Shown here in pieces: positions 24,157 to 35,734 of a stretch of DNA of 38,384 nucleotides (its first letter is position 1; each line of letters opens with the position of its first letter). Below the pieces are notes generated by a model. That model had not been told where the DNA came from. It worked only from the letters and a program-made list of their open reading frames with translations, and made no database searches. The translations under genes and the position numbers were made by a program. This stretch comes from Octopus sinensis. Taxonomy: Eukaryota. The stretch spans positions 1 through 38,384 of the forward strand of contig NW_021835707.1 in the NCBI RefSeq assembly GCF_006345805.1, given 5' to 3'.

Positions 24157-24304
24157 GTGAAATAGAAAGATGAATATCTTGTAGTAGATTAATCAAAAGT
24201 TTAACCGATACCTTAGTAGCAAAAATCACAGCAGTGAACAGCACGGTTGGAGGTACAACCATCTGGCGTTGCAACCGTGCGTTGGTGCGGATAATTGAAA
24301 TTAA

Positions 24305-25124
24305 AACATTATTGGTGAATTGAAGAAATGGAGCTGAACGCAGATTGAACAGAAATCGTTTTATTTCATTCTACACGTGTTTCGAAAGGCACAAATTACC
24401 AAAATCCGATTGAATAATGGGACCATATTGTGTCTTTCTCTTCAGGAAGAAAAAAGGAAATCCGTTGGAAAAACAAAAACAGAACAGAGGCAGAGCAAAA
24501 AACAAATCGAACTGTGCTCCTAAGAGCCCATGGCGAAACTGTTTATCAGTGTATGTTGAGAACCGGTGGCTGAAGAATTCAACAGGTCAGGCATCGGTCA
24601 ATCATGTGGGTGAGGGTGTATATATGTTCTTTGTGACCGAGAATAAAGTTCTGACTATTTAAAGAATATTGGATGTTTTATAAGGGGCGAGAAAAAATCT
24701 ACTTAGAGACGTGTGTGTGTGTATACTGTTCTATATATGTGTGTGTTGGCGTAGGGGTAGAAAACATTTTTTGTGTACGTGTGTGCGTTTGATCGTTCGG
24801 CTGTCAGTGGCTACTGCCGTGATAACCGTTGGGTGGCAGAAAGAAAAAAAATAAAGAAATTATATATATATATTATGTTTTATGTGTGTGTGTGAGTGTT
24901 CATCTAAGCCTGCCTTGACAAGGAAACCCCCGCTGTGAAAAAACAAGCCGTTTGTCTTACAGGAGTAATTTCCCTTGCAGTGGTTAATTGTAGATATCTT
25001 AAAATCTATTTCAGAATTTGTTACCAAGGGCTATGGGTGCTGGTCTTATTTATAAACGCTATTTAAAGGCCAGATAAGTGTAACGCCGCCAATGGGGGCA
25101 TCGAAAAGCCGACTGTAAGAGCCC
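24305..25124. repeat. Left arm of ~820-bp inverted repeat
   Basis: Reverse complement of 26301-27119; about ten small differences, nearly all indels in base runs. Confidence 0.95.
24364..24452 (-). ncRNA. Type I hammerhead ribozyme, sense to the PLE ORF
   Basis: Exact reverse complement of 26972-27060; predicted cleavage between 24372 and 24371. Confidence 0.85.
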
Positions 25125-26295
25125 GTTTACCATCCGGCCTCTGGCAAACAAAATATGGAAGAGTTCGGAGACACAAAGGTTGCACTGTCTTCTGCCCCTA
25201 TCAAATGGGAGGGCCACCGACAAAATTGACCATTCCAGCCTATAGCTTAAGTTCGCATCCTTCAGTCGCCATATTAGCTTACTGAGTCCCGTGGTCTGGC
25301 GCTTGTTCACGTCCCGAAAAGTTGCGTAATGGTGGAGACACGCAAAGACAATCTTGAGGATGATGCCCCTATATAAGTGAAGGCATCTGAGTCCGTGTAA
25401 ACCTTGCATTGGTAGACGGCGTTTTTGATCTTGGAGTTCGCCGACGTGAATCTTACTCTGCTAGGATTGGTTTCTGAATTAGAACTGCGTTCCTGTCACT
25501 ATATTCGTTCCGAGACCTGCAGCCGCTTACTACTCTATTTTCCACTACGTCACTATTAACTATAGGAATAACCCCTGATTCTCCACTATCTATCAGAGTG
25601 CTGTCATTGCTACTGCCCGTGGTACTGCTATTGCGGGAAATGATGCTGGGGATGCTAAAGGGGCTCTCTACCCTACTCCCATTGTTACCATCAACCACAA
25701 CTCCCCTATTTATAACTATACCCCTAGTGGGTACTCCCTGGCTGGAGCTGAGATTATGTGTCACTGTACTGGCTCTCATATCATTATTACTACTATAATT
25801 ATTCCTACTGAGCATTAAACCGGGAGCGGAAGAGGCTGTGCCTCCGGAAAAAGGTGATAGGGTCTTAGTAAGTAGCCTATTATTATGGGAGGCGATTATC
25901 TGGGCGAGGTTTTTAGTGTTGGAGAAAGCTATCCTAACTTTATGTGAGTTAACCGTGGAGTAATATTTGGAATTTCTGGGGAAGTTATTGGCGATGGCTT
26001 GTCTAAACATGAGGGGGAGATTAGTTCTAATCTGCTTACCAAAGGGGATTACAAACCATATATGCTTATTCCTATCAGTGTGATGGGTCGGGACGCCAGC
26101 TCTCGCATTTGGGTGGGTGAATCTCGGATGAATAACGGGTCTTGGGTTAGTGTAAGACCTCCCGGACCGATAATTATCCTTGTTCGCTAAATTAAATGCG
26201 GGAGCGACTACCCCGGTATCCGCCGCGCTCCCGTCCTTACTTAAAATGTTAATGTTATTATATACGGCCCTATCCTGATGACCGAATGATGGCAT
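25059..26295 (-). pseudogene. PLE ORF C-terminal part (post-RT block, long linker, GIY-YIG endonuclease), two 1-nt frameshifts, no RT catalytic core
   Basis: KHIWFVIPFGKQIRTNLPLMF..FP..VRIAFSNTKNLAQIIASHN; KNAVYQCKVYTDSDAFTYIGASS (AVY 25412-25420, YIG 25367-25375, in a frame missing from the ORF track); HYATF..GLSKLIWRLKD..LEWSIL..CNLC..RCPH. Adding one base near 25489 and one near 25333 gives 413 codons including the stop. Confidence 0.85.
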
Positions 26296-26300
26296 CGGAA

Positions 26301-27118
26301 GGGCTCTTACAGTCGGCTTTTCGATGCCCCCATTGGCGGCGTTACACTTATCTGGCCTTTAAATAGCGTTTATAAATAAGACCAGCACCCATAGCCCTTG
26401 GTAACAAATTCTGAAATAGATTTTAAGATATCTACAATTAACCACTGCAAGGGAAATTACTCCTGTAAGACAAACGGGGCTTGTTTTTTCACAGCGGGGG
26501 GTTTCCTTGTCAAGGCAGGCTTAGATGAACACTCACACACACACATAAAACATAATATATATATATAATTTCTTTATTTTTTTTCTTTCTGCCACCCAAC
26601 GGTTATCACGGCAGTAGCCACTGACAGCCGAACGATCAAACGCACACACGTACACAAAAAATGTTTTCTACCCCTACGCCAACACACACATATATAGAAC
26701 AGTATACACACACACACGTCTCTAAGTAGATTTTTTTCTCCCCCTTATAACATCCAATATTCTTTAAATAGTCAGAACTTTATTCTCGGTCACAAAGAAC
26801 ATATATACACCCTCACCCACATGATTGACCGATGCCTGACCTGTTGAATTCTTCAGCCACCGTTCTCAACATACACTGATAAACAGTTTCGCCATGGGCT
26901 CTTAGGAGCACAGTTCGATTTGTTTTTTGCTCTGCCTCTGTTCTGTTTTTGTTTTTCCACGGATTTCCTTTTTTCTTCCTGAAGAGAAAGACACAATATG
27001 GTCCCATTATTCAATCGGATTTTGGTAATTTGTGCCTTTCGAAACACGTGTAGAATGAAATAAAACGATTTCTGTTCAATCTGCGTTCAGCTCCATTTCT
27101 TCAATTCACCAATAATGT

Positions 27119-27119
<1 letters not shown>
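26301..27119. repeat. Right arm of ~820-bp inverted repeat
   Basis: Begins with the last 22 codons of the PLE ORF (GLLQSAFRCPHWRRYTYLAFK*) and ends in (TA)n. Confidence 0.95.
26972..27060 (+). ncRNA. Type I hammerhead ribozyme in the inverted pLTR
   Basis: Stem I TTTCTTC/GAA(T)GAAA; core CTGAAGA (26979-26985); stem II GAAAGACACAA/TTGTGCCTTTC (10 of 11 pairs, G-C closing); GAAA (27041-27044); palindromic stem III CACGTG; GUA triplet, cleavage after 27052. Confidence 0.85.
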
Positions 27120-27180
<61 letters not shown>

Positions 27181-30149
27181 TCATATATATACAAGCATTA
27201 AACCAATAACATAGTTATCGAACTTTCTTTCTTCCTGTGTTGACCTTTTTAACGTTTATTTTCTTTAAACTATATATGTTTGTGTGTGCAAGTGTGTGTG
27301 AGTGTAGAATCACTATATTTTTTAGATTGAAACCAGGATTATAGGAACTGAAACTTGGGACAGTGGAAATACCATGCATGATGAAGAGTTACAGCATATG
27401 GGATGGTGTTAAAGAAGAGTGGGCCATCTGGAGGACTTTTCTCTGCAAATGTATTAACATAACTGCCTATTTTGTTCTTACATGAAGGCAATTCCTAGCA
27501 AGTACGCAAGTGATACATGTAAACTGGTAAGATGTATGATTGATCTTTCTCACTTAGACGGTTTAACAGCTGGGTCTGAGACAAAGAGATAGGAATCAGA
27601 TGTACAAAGCAGTTATTTCTTTACCTGATAGAATAAGTGTATACAATTATCTGTTTCTATTGACAAGTGACATCTTATTCAACTGCCAAGTACTTTCATA
27701 CTGTTCTTTTGGAAATATTTTCATAAGAAATTTGATATTTTAAATTTTATCAAAAATATCTGAGCAGCTTAGGTGAGTGTTTATTTTAGTAATTAGAAAA
27801 CCACTCTCTTTAACTTGCACCTCTTTTCTGACCACATATGCACTGGTGCAAAAGTACTATGTAAATAGTGAATGAATACTACAGCACTAAGATTTTCTCT
27901 TAGCAATGAGTAAATAATTTGGCCACTATTTTACATGCGTAAAGTTTTGTGTTGCCCAAACTTCTGCTTTAGAAGCTCAAAGGCTTTGCAATAACAGCCA
28001 CATCAAATAACTGACCAATGTTTACTACTTGCTTTTCAATCCTTTGATTTTAACTGTAGACTGTTGAACAATTGGCCAAAATATCTAACCACAACAGTCT
28101 TCTGCTGGTTTAAAGTTCTCTTTCCATAGGTTAGGTATGGGAGACATCTTTCATAAACCCTTTTACACTCTTTCTTCACTTTTCCAATGCTTTTCCTAAT
28201 TTTTTGTCCTGGTTTCTCTGCAAAACCTTTCCGTTTTGAGGTACAAATTCATAGTTTTTTCTCCTGCTACTTAGTATTGTACTCCAGTTTCTTGAAAAAA
28301 TTGAGCTATCCATATTCAAACTAAAAACATATCTTCCTGTTTTGCCAGTCTCAGCAGAATTCTGCTAGAACAAACGTGAAGAATTATTTCAACTGCTGAT
28401 ATATTACCATGTTGTATTATGTTTTTGTATCCCACACTGGCGAAGTCACAAAATTCTTTTAGAGACATTAAATGACCTGTGTATATTAGAAAATATTTTA
28501 ATATTTTCATGAGTTATTTGATATTAATTGGCATGAAGTTGTACACAATATGTACACCTCAGCTTCATTTAATGCCAATGTAGCAGCACTTCCAAATTTT
28601 GCATAAAAATTTACAAGTTCCCATTTTGTCAGGACTAGCTGCAACTTTGGCTAAAATGTGTGAAGATCATCTTTCATAAGCAGTCAGATGTTTTGAAATT
28701 CAAGTCATGCGAAACAGAATGAAAAGCAAGATTAACTTCTTTAGCAGCCACTTTTGGTGAGATACTTGCAAGACAAATTAAATGAAACAAGCTTTGCAGT
28801 GTTTCTTGCTTTCTCATGGAAAATGCATGTAATATAAGGCCCAATGTTAACAATTATAAATACTTGAACATGTCATAGTTTGTCTCAACACAAGAATCTC
28901 AGTCATTAGTTAGCTTCTCCAGGACAATCTGGTTTTCCAATGGTCATCTGTTTCCTTCTTTTTTGAAACTGAGGGAACAATTCTAAATATTTGGACTTTT
29001 TCCATGTATATGAATGAAGTACAAGATTATAATTTTGAGTCTCAACTGGGTTCCTACTACAAGTGTTTCATTAGGGTTTAGTAAGACTAATTAGCACCAA
29101 TGTCTTGCACCTTTCTGTCAAATAATAAAGATAGTAACAAATAAATATTTCAAGATTATTAAAAACTGGGACAGACTTTCAAATTGGCTGGAAAGCCAGA
29201 ACAATGAGTTAAAATAGGATAATTTAGGCCAAACCAGGTTATACAACAAATAAATATTGTCTACAAATATATGAAGTAATTCATGATCAACATCATCATT
29301 TTAATGTCCACATTTCTATACTAACATGAGTGAGAAAGAATTCACCGAGACAGATTTTCTCTGACTGGATGGCCCTCTTTTCCCCAACCTTCCCTTGATT
29401 CCAAGAATGTTATGTTTTCTGCATGACAAGACATGTTTTTATGGATGATTGGAAATGAGCAACACCAAATGTATGATGCTGACACATTCATGAGTATTGT
29501 GCAAGGTCAAGACAAGCAGACACACACACACACAAATCACAGTGTATAGTTTATATATCCCTACACATTTTTTCTCTCTCCATTTTCTTCCTCTCAATCT
29601 TTTCTGTCAAAGAGCATGAGCTTGAAACATCAAAGACTTTTCCATTCTTCCTGAGTGTTGAATTCATACATCTACTTGTTGTTCCCTCACCTGTCTTCCT
29701 CTTTTGTTTTCTGTAAATTTGAAATATTATACATCCATCGTGGCCAATCTTACAAATTGGTTTTGCACTGGGGTTCAGTAGGATGTTAGGTAAAAGCCTG
29801 ATTATGTAAGCCTGACTCTTCTAAGTTGGCAGGTAATTAAGAAAATGTAGTGACTGTTTTTCAAATTTTCTTCCATACCAACCATCTCTGGAGAGTACAG
29901 GATAACATAATCAATATACTGCATATTTTTTGTGATTTGTGGTGGGTTTGTGTAAGTAGGTAGATAGAGAAACAGATAAACTGACACACACAAACAGGCA
30001 GATAGATAAACACATTTATATATATATATATCCTCACCACTATCCACACTGCCCTTGCCAGAGCATATTCTGTGGACCATGCATCTGCTCTCTCCCCCTG
30101 CACCCGCCCCCCTGTCTCCCGTTTCTCCTCACCTACCACCCCACCACCC

Positions 30150-30370
30150 TACCTCTCCAACGCACCATTCTCCGAGCCTTACGGTGACTCCAGTCTGACC
30201 CCTCCACTTCTCATACCTTCCCTAACTGACCCCCTCCCCTCCTTCAAATGAGCCCACAACCTACAAGACCTCTTGGTCCACAGCTTCTTCCCTAACTCAA
30301 CCTCCCAACCCAGCTCATTACCCTGCTGCCGCACTTGCCCTTACATCTCCAACACAACGCTCCTCACCAG
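30150..30370 (+). mobile_element. PLE remnant (Neptune/Poseidon-type linker preceding the endonuclease)
   Basis: Reads SFK*AHNLQDLLVHS...PC.CRTCPYISNT, like the R..NL.D.LV.S...PC..C.TC.YI segment of PLE ORFs. Confidence 0.5.
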
Positions 30371-30384
30371 CACCCATCATCAAC

Positions 30385-30710
30385 ACTATCATGATGTGGT
30401 GAGATGTGGACTCTGAATATAGAGGACATGCAAAGACTAGAGAGGAATGAAACTAGTATGCTCCAATGGATGTGCAATGTCAGGTTTCATGTACAGCAAA
30501 CTGGCATACAAAGAATCAAATGCAGCATGTAAAAGTGAAGACTGCACTGGTTTGGTTATGTGATGTATATGGATGAGAACAGTTGCATAAAGAAATGCTG
30601 GTCATTTAAAGTGGATGGAACTTGTTGAAAAGGGTGACCCAGGAAGACAAAGAACTGAATGATTGGCGATTCATTATACTTGATAAGACCCATCCATCAC
30701 AGCAAATATA
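30385..30710 (+). mobile_element. Decayed RTE RT C-terminal fragment
   Basis: GEMW.L..EDM.RLERNETSML.WMCNV...LHWFGYVM.MDE, homologous to 11700-12050. Confidence 0.75.
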
Positions 30711-32699
30711 AGGTCCTAAGATCACCTTGGTTATGCTTGCTTGTGCTGGGCCCTGTCAAACATCCCCACATCTCAGCTCCCCAACATCAATCCCTCCTTG
30801 ACACTATTACATCCCCTAACACTATGTGTTACCAATTATGGCCTTCCCTCAGTTTCCATCCTTCCTTCTAATTATTATCTCTTTCAACAAGCATCCGTTC
30901 CCCAGCTCTTCTCTGCCATATTTTACCTTAACACCCTTCATACTTGCTCTCATTCTCGCACCACACCCACTCACTATAGCCACCCTTATGTACCTCTACA
31001 TCCCTCTTCCCACTGCTCCTGTGCCTTGTTCATCATCCTCTACATTCTGATCCATTAGCACTGAGTCACTTCTTTCTCTCTCAACTTACACCCCACTCCA
31101 TAATGCTATTTCCACTTAAGCCACACCTCCTCTCCACATCATTCCCTACATTCCCTTCTACACCCATCTCTAACCATCTCTTCCTTCCCTCCTGATCCAC
31201 TACCCATATTATCTCTTTCTCTTGGAAGGTTTTGCTCTAGCACCTCATCACAACCATCTGTCACCCACCCTTATCTAAATGTGGGGTAGCCATGCTTCTT
31301 TTCTATAGTAAGACACATTTGCCTGTTCCTGGTAGAAAGTCACACAGGGCTGTTTTTCTTCTTCTCCTTTCTTGTTTTTTTTGTCTTGCAAATTACTTAG
31401 CAACTTCAAAATTGCCAGTGGCATGAAAAAGCATGCAGTACAGACTGTAAAGTGGTTAGAGTTAGAAAGGGGGTATCCTGCCAGAGAAATGATCTCAAAG
31501 CTGAAACGGAGCATGATGCAGCCCTGCAACTCACTGGAGCCAGTCAAGATGATTACAATGATGTATAGCTATCATTCTGGAGTGGATCACATAATGAACA
31601 TAGAAAATTTAGCACTATTTGGTAAGGAGAGTTAAAGACAAATATCACATCATGTGTAGACCAACACCATTCTGGTTTCAATTAGTCTACAAGAAAGCCG
31701 GCATGAAAGCCATGCATTTTGGAATTGTATAAGAGATATTAAAACAATTTTCCTTTCATAATAAATCATACTTTGTAAACAATCCCTCAGACATTTCCTA
31801 ATGCATTTCCATTTTTGCATAAGTGTATGAATTCCTGTGTGTAGAATACAAATTCACAAAAATTTTCTGAAAATTCCGAAATATAAAAAATTTATGAGGG
31901 GTTATATGGTGTGCATAAAGCAGAATTTCGTCAATATTTCATTTGTTTACAGTTGACATCACGTGCTGGAACATACAAAATTATAGCTTCCAAATTCTGT
32001 TTTATGACTGGATAAAAATTATAAAACTTTAAACTTCGGTAACTTTTTTTTTTTTTTAATTTCTGGAAAAAGTGAATTAGCCCCTGAGATTCAGTGTGGA
32101 GAATTGCATCAATACACCAAATTTTAAAATTTTCAATAAACTTTAAAATTACCAAAGAAAAAACTCCAGCTCAATCTGAATGTATACCTCACAGCACTAT
32201 CATAAATCTACAAACTGTAAATAAAGTAAAATCTATTAACACATCTGTTTCAAGATGCACAATTCGTACAAGCAGTATCAGCCAATGTCAAAGTACACAT
32301 ACCACCACCATTATCAAAACCCCCACCCCACCAAATACTAATTAAACTTTACAGCTTCAACATACGTAACCAGGAATCCTAAAATCTGTCAGTATTCTCA
32401 ACGTGACATTGTAGAAAAACGGAGAGCTTCTGATGTTGTTTTTCATTCTAGTATGCTACAAGTGCTGATGCTAACAGCTTATTCTGTCTTCACCTGTGTC
32501 TGTAGCATCAAATGAGCAAACATCCAACACATTCACCATTTGAAGAACTAGCTCTGTACCACAATCACACAGCACCCTCTAGCACATAGTGCCATAATGC
32601 ATAATAAAAATGCATTGCACATCCTCGTAGAAAGTGTCTTTGCTAAAATGAGTGCATGCAGAAAAGTTTTTGGAATGCTTTGAGACACTTTTCCATGTG

Positions 32700-33657
32700 T
32701 ACGAATGTAGGATGAAAATTTCATAGGCTGTCTATAAAAGAGTGATGAAAGAGCTGTGAAATCTTGCTTGCATTAATTTCAATTCTCCTATTTAATAAAT
32801 GCATTGTTTCTTTCCAGATATAATGATATCTGACTGTCCGGAGAAAACTTCAAAAATAATTGTTAGCAACTTCTCTTGAAAACAGACAAAATTTGGCATC
32901 GTGCTGTAATCAAGTACCTACAGGGAAAGGTTTTGGCACTCAAGGACATTCATGCCGATGTTATTCATCTAGACATGATACATTAAGGGTTGACACTCCT
33001 GCCTTGTTGTCAGTACAAAAGTGGCAGCTAAATTTAGCAAGGGAAGAGATAGTCTTCAGAAAAATCATGGCTTGGATGTCCTGCAGCTGCTTCTGCCACC
33101 ACGGAAGATATTGTGTTCATCACATAATGATGAATGATAGGTGATTGACTATAAATTAAATACCCAGTGCTATTAGTATATCCTGTGAGAGAGTTGAGAT
33201 ATTCTGCAAAATGAACATAGCATGATGAAGGTTTCTGCTCGCTGGGTCTCACATGTTCTGACACCCGATCAAAAATGCTCCAGGTTGATCACGAGAACAT
33301 CTGACATTGAGGTGGATCCAGCACGTTTCCTTGATTGTTTCCTAACCCAGGATGTTTTTGGGTTCATCACATTGAGCCAGAGACAAAGAAGCAATCCATG
33401 CAGTGGAAAGAAACACCTCTCTTCACCTGCTCCACAGAAGGACAAGGTTGTTTCATCTACAGAGAAGTTATGGCCCCGATTTTTTGGAATATAAAAGACA
33501 TTGTGCTTATTGACTGTCTTCATAAGGGTCACACTTTCAATGGAGAGTGCTATGCCAACTTGCTAAGGCAGTTACGAAAGGCTACTAAGACCAAACGCCA
33601 GGAAGACTGATGAAGAGGGCCGTGTTTCATCAGGAGAATGCTCCAGCACACAGGTCC
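32700..33657 (+). mobile_element. Degenerate mariner transposon, 3'-truncated
   Basis: R.VIKYL..KG...DIH.D helix-turn-helix region, VSARWVSHVLTPDQK, WVHHIEPETKKQSMQW, IFWNIKDIVLIDCLHKGHTFNGECYANLL, VFHQENAPAH. Confidence 0.85.
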
Positions 33658-33978
33658 TATTCAGTCGACCCCCATAATAAAAACATTATTATTATACTTC
33701 TGTTTTGGTATTAAGAATGAAAAGTCTATCTTGTTCGTAGAAACTTTTGGACTTTGCTTTGCACACCCCAAGCAAATTTAGTTCCTGGTCAGTGGATGAG
33801 TGTCTAATGGCGTCACTGAGCTAACGTATGCATATACAGACTTGAGACGGATATGTGTCTGTATGTGTGTCACACACATCCGTCTGAAGACTGTATACGC
33901 ATCGTAGCACAGTATCTCTAATGTACATATGCATGCACACACAAACACGATTTATAACTTTTAGGCGGATGTAAACAG

Positions 33979-34031
<53 letters not shown>

Positions 34032-34680
34032 TGTACCTACACAAGTGTGCCCCACCACCGATTTGTTTCCTCATAACTTACTTTTTCGAATGAAATGCTT
34101 TACAATTGGAATTCAGAAGTGTGGACTTCGATTATATCGAAACTTGTTGCGAAAAAGTTTTTCCGAGTGTCGGGAGACCAGTTTCGGAAAATTTATACGA
34201 GTTGGCTTTGTTTCTACCTAACTTTCAGTAAAATAGATTTTCATTGAGGAAATTTTCTATAAATATCTTTCAAACAGTGTATGTTAAGATTGTATCGTAT
34301 TTAAAATGAAAGAGTAATTGGCGATCTCGCACAAATACACACTGATATAAACCACAAAATGAAACTCGAAAGTTCAATAAGAATTGTTTGTCATTATAAA
34401 TGGGAGCAAGCCCATATCTTTTTTTACTTTCTTTTACATATTAAATTCCAATACAAACATAATCTACACTATCTGAATGGTGTTTATAGAAAATTTCATT
34501 AAAAAAGGGAAAAAATGCCCAGTTTCCTGAAAGGTATGAGAAAAACAAAACAGACTTTTGTAAATTTTCGGAACCTCTTCCCCACCTTCAGGAAATTTTT
34601 TCCTATAACTAATGCCGATATCACTAGAATCTGCACCATCTGAAGTATATTTATAACATTTCATTAAAAGATATCAATTT

Positions 34681-34753
34681 TTCAGGTGGATTTTCGATCT
34701 TCTAATCAGTATCAAATTTTGATACTGATTAGAAGATCGAAAATCCACCTGAA
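34681..34753. repeat. 73-bp palindrome (perfect 36-bp arms, 1-nt centre)
   Basis: 34681-34716 is the exact reverse complement of 34718-34753. Confidence 0.95.
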
Positions 34754-34788
34754 GATTGTCGGTAGTAGATATGAAACAATTGTAGTGG
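34745..34788 (+). ncRNA. Minimal type I hammerhead ribozyme, probably impaired
   Basis: Stem I CCAC/GTGG; CTGAAGA (34749-34755); stem II TGTC/GATA but a T-T mismatch at the 10.1-11.1 pair; GAAA; palindromic CAATTG; GUA triplet. Confidence 0.65.
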
Positions 34789-34957
34789 CGGTTTATTTAA
34801 TTTATATTAAAATTTTATGTATTGATTAAGTCTTTCCTTGTTTGGTTTTAAAATAGTGGTTTTGTCTCGAATTATATTATATAATATTTTACTATAAAAT
34901 TGGATTTAACCCTAAATCTGATTTTTCCCTGTAATTTTGGATTCATTCCCTAATATT

Positions 34958-34991
<34 letters not shown>

Positions 34992-35080
34992 ACACATACA
35001 TACATACATATACATACTGTGTTATGTGAATGTATAGAGAGAATATATATGTATGCACGCATATACATGTAAATATTATG

Positions 35081-35113
<33 letters not shown>

Positions 35114-35734
35114 TATCGGATAACAGTAAAAATTTACCAGTGTGTCTACACATTTTATGCGTGCATGTTTACATAAGCTACTCTGCTTTTTGTGAGCCGC
35201 TTAAATAGACATAAAACCTCCAAATTTAAACCGAATATGAACTTAAACTTCTGTAGTTGGACAGTTGAAATTATAAAGCAAGTTATGTTTTCTTGTATTC
35301 AAGCTTTAGATGAATATTAAACAATATTTACTTACCGACGACAATGATATCCTTACATTTACATTATATAGTGTAAACGCGGATGTAAAACTTAAACCAA
35401 GCCCGTTTTGAAGATTAGAATATATTTTTACTTTGCTTACATAGCCATCAACAACTTTTAGGACAACCAATTGTTTTGTTGTCTACTTATCTCTCTCTCT
35501 CTCTCTTTTACCCTCACTACTACTGTCGTTCTATTATCGTCTAACCAATTAGGTTATGTAGATAAATAAGCTGAAAGCATTTCAATGTTGTATGTCCGTT
35601 CAGACTCTTCTACTTTCACTTCCTCCTTTTCTTTCTCTGTGTAATTTATTCTTCTCTCTTTCTTCTACTCAATTTTCACTTCCATTCCACCGTATAAAGA
35701 ATGAAAGGATTTATGACAGAGAAGAGAGAGAATA

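Larger units (their letters stand above)
24150..27119 (-). mobile_element. Penelope-like element (Naiad/Chlamys-like endonuclease), 5'-truncated, with an inverted copy of its pseudo-LTR at the 5' end
   Basis: Internal GIY-YIG coding region, 3' pLTR containing a sense hammerhead, 819-bp inverted copy at 26301-27119, and (TA)n tracts on both flanks. Confidence 0.85.

Noticed and set aside
25440-25510. Selenocysteine recoding as reported for some Naiad PLEs
   Set aside because: The listed ORF ends in TAA; the only nearby TGA in the endonuclease frame is preceded by TAG and is not at a recognisable Cys position; no SECIS-like AUGA/AA/GA arrangement was convincing by eye in the 3' repeat.
27900-28800. 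Purine-rich minus-strand stretch resembling decayed coding sequence
   Set aside because: Multiple stops in all frames and no motif I can name.
29599-29636. Possible highly decayed hammerhead (GAGC-ATGA-GCTT-GAAA-CA-TC-AAAGA)
   Set aside because: The CUGANGA box is not recognisable; too degenerate to call without a family consensus.
33832-33897. ~21-bp imperfect inverted repeat around (GT)/(CA) repeats
   Set aside because: Short, partly explained by complementary microsatellites; no TSD or family evidence.
34545-34600. Minus-strand CTGAAGG..GGAA-GAGG-TTCC-GAAA
   Set aside because: A9 is missing, extra bases precede stem II, and no stem I pairing is available.
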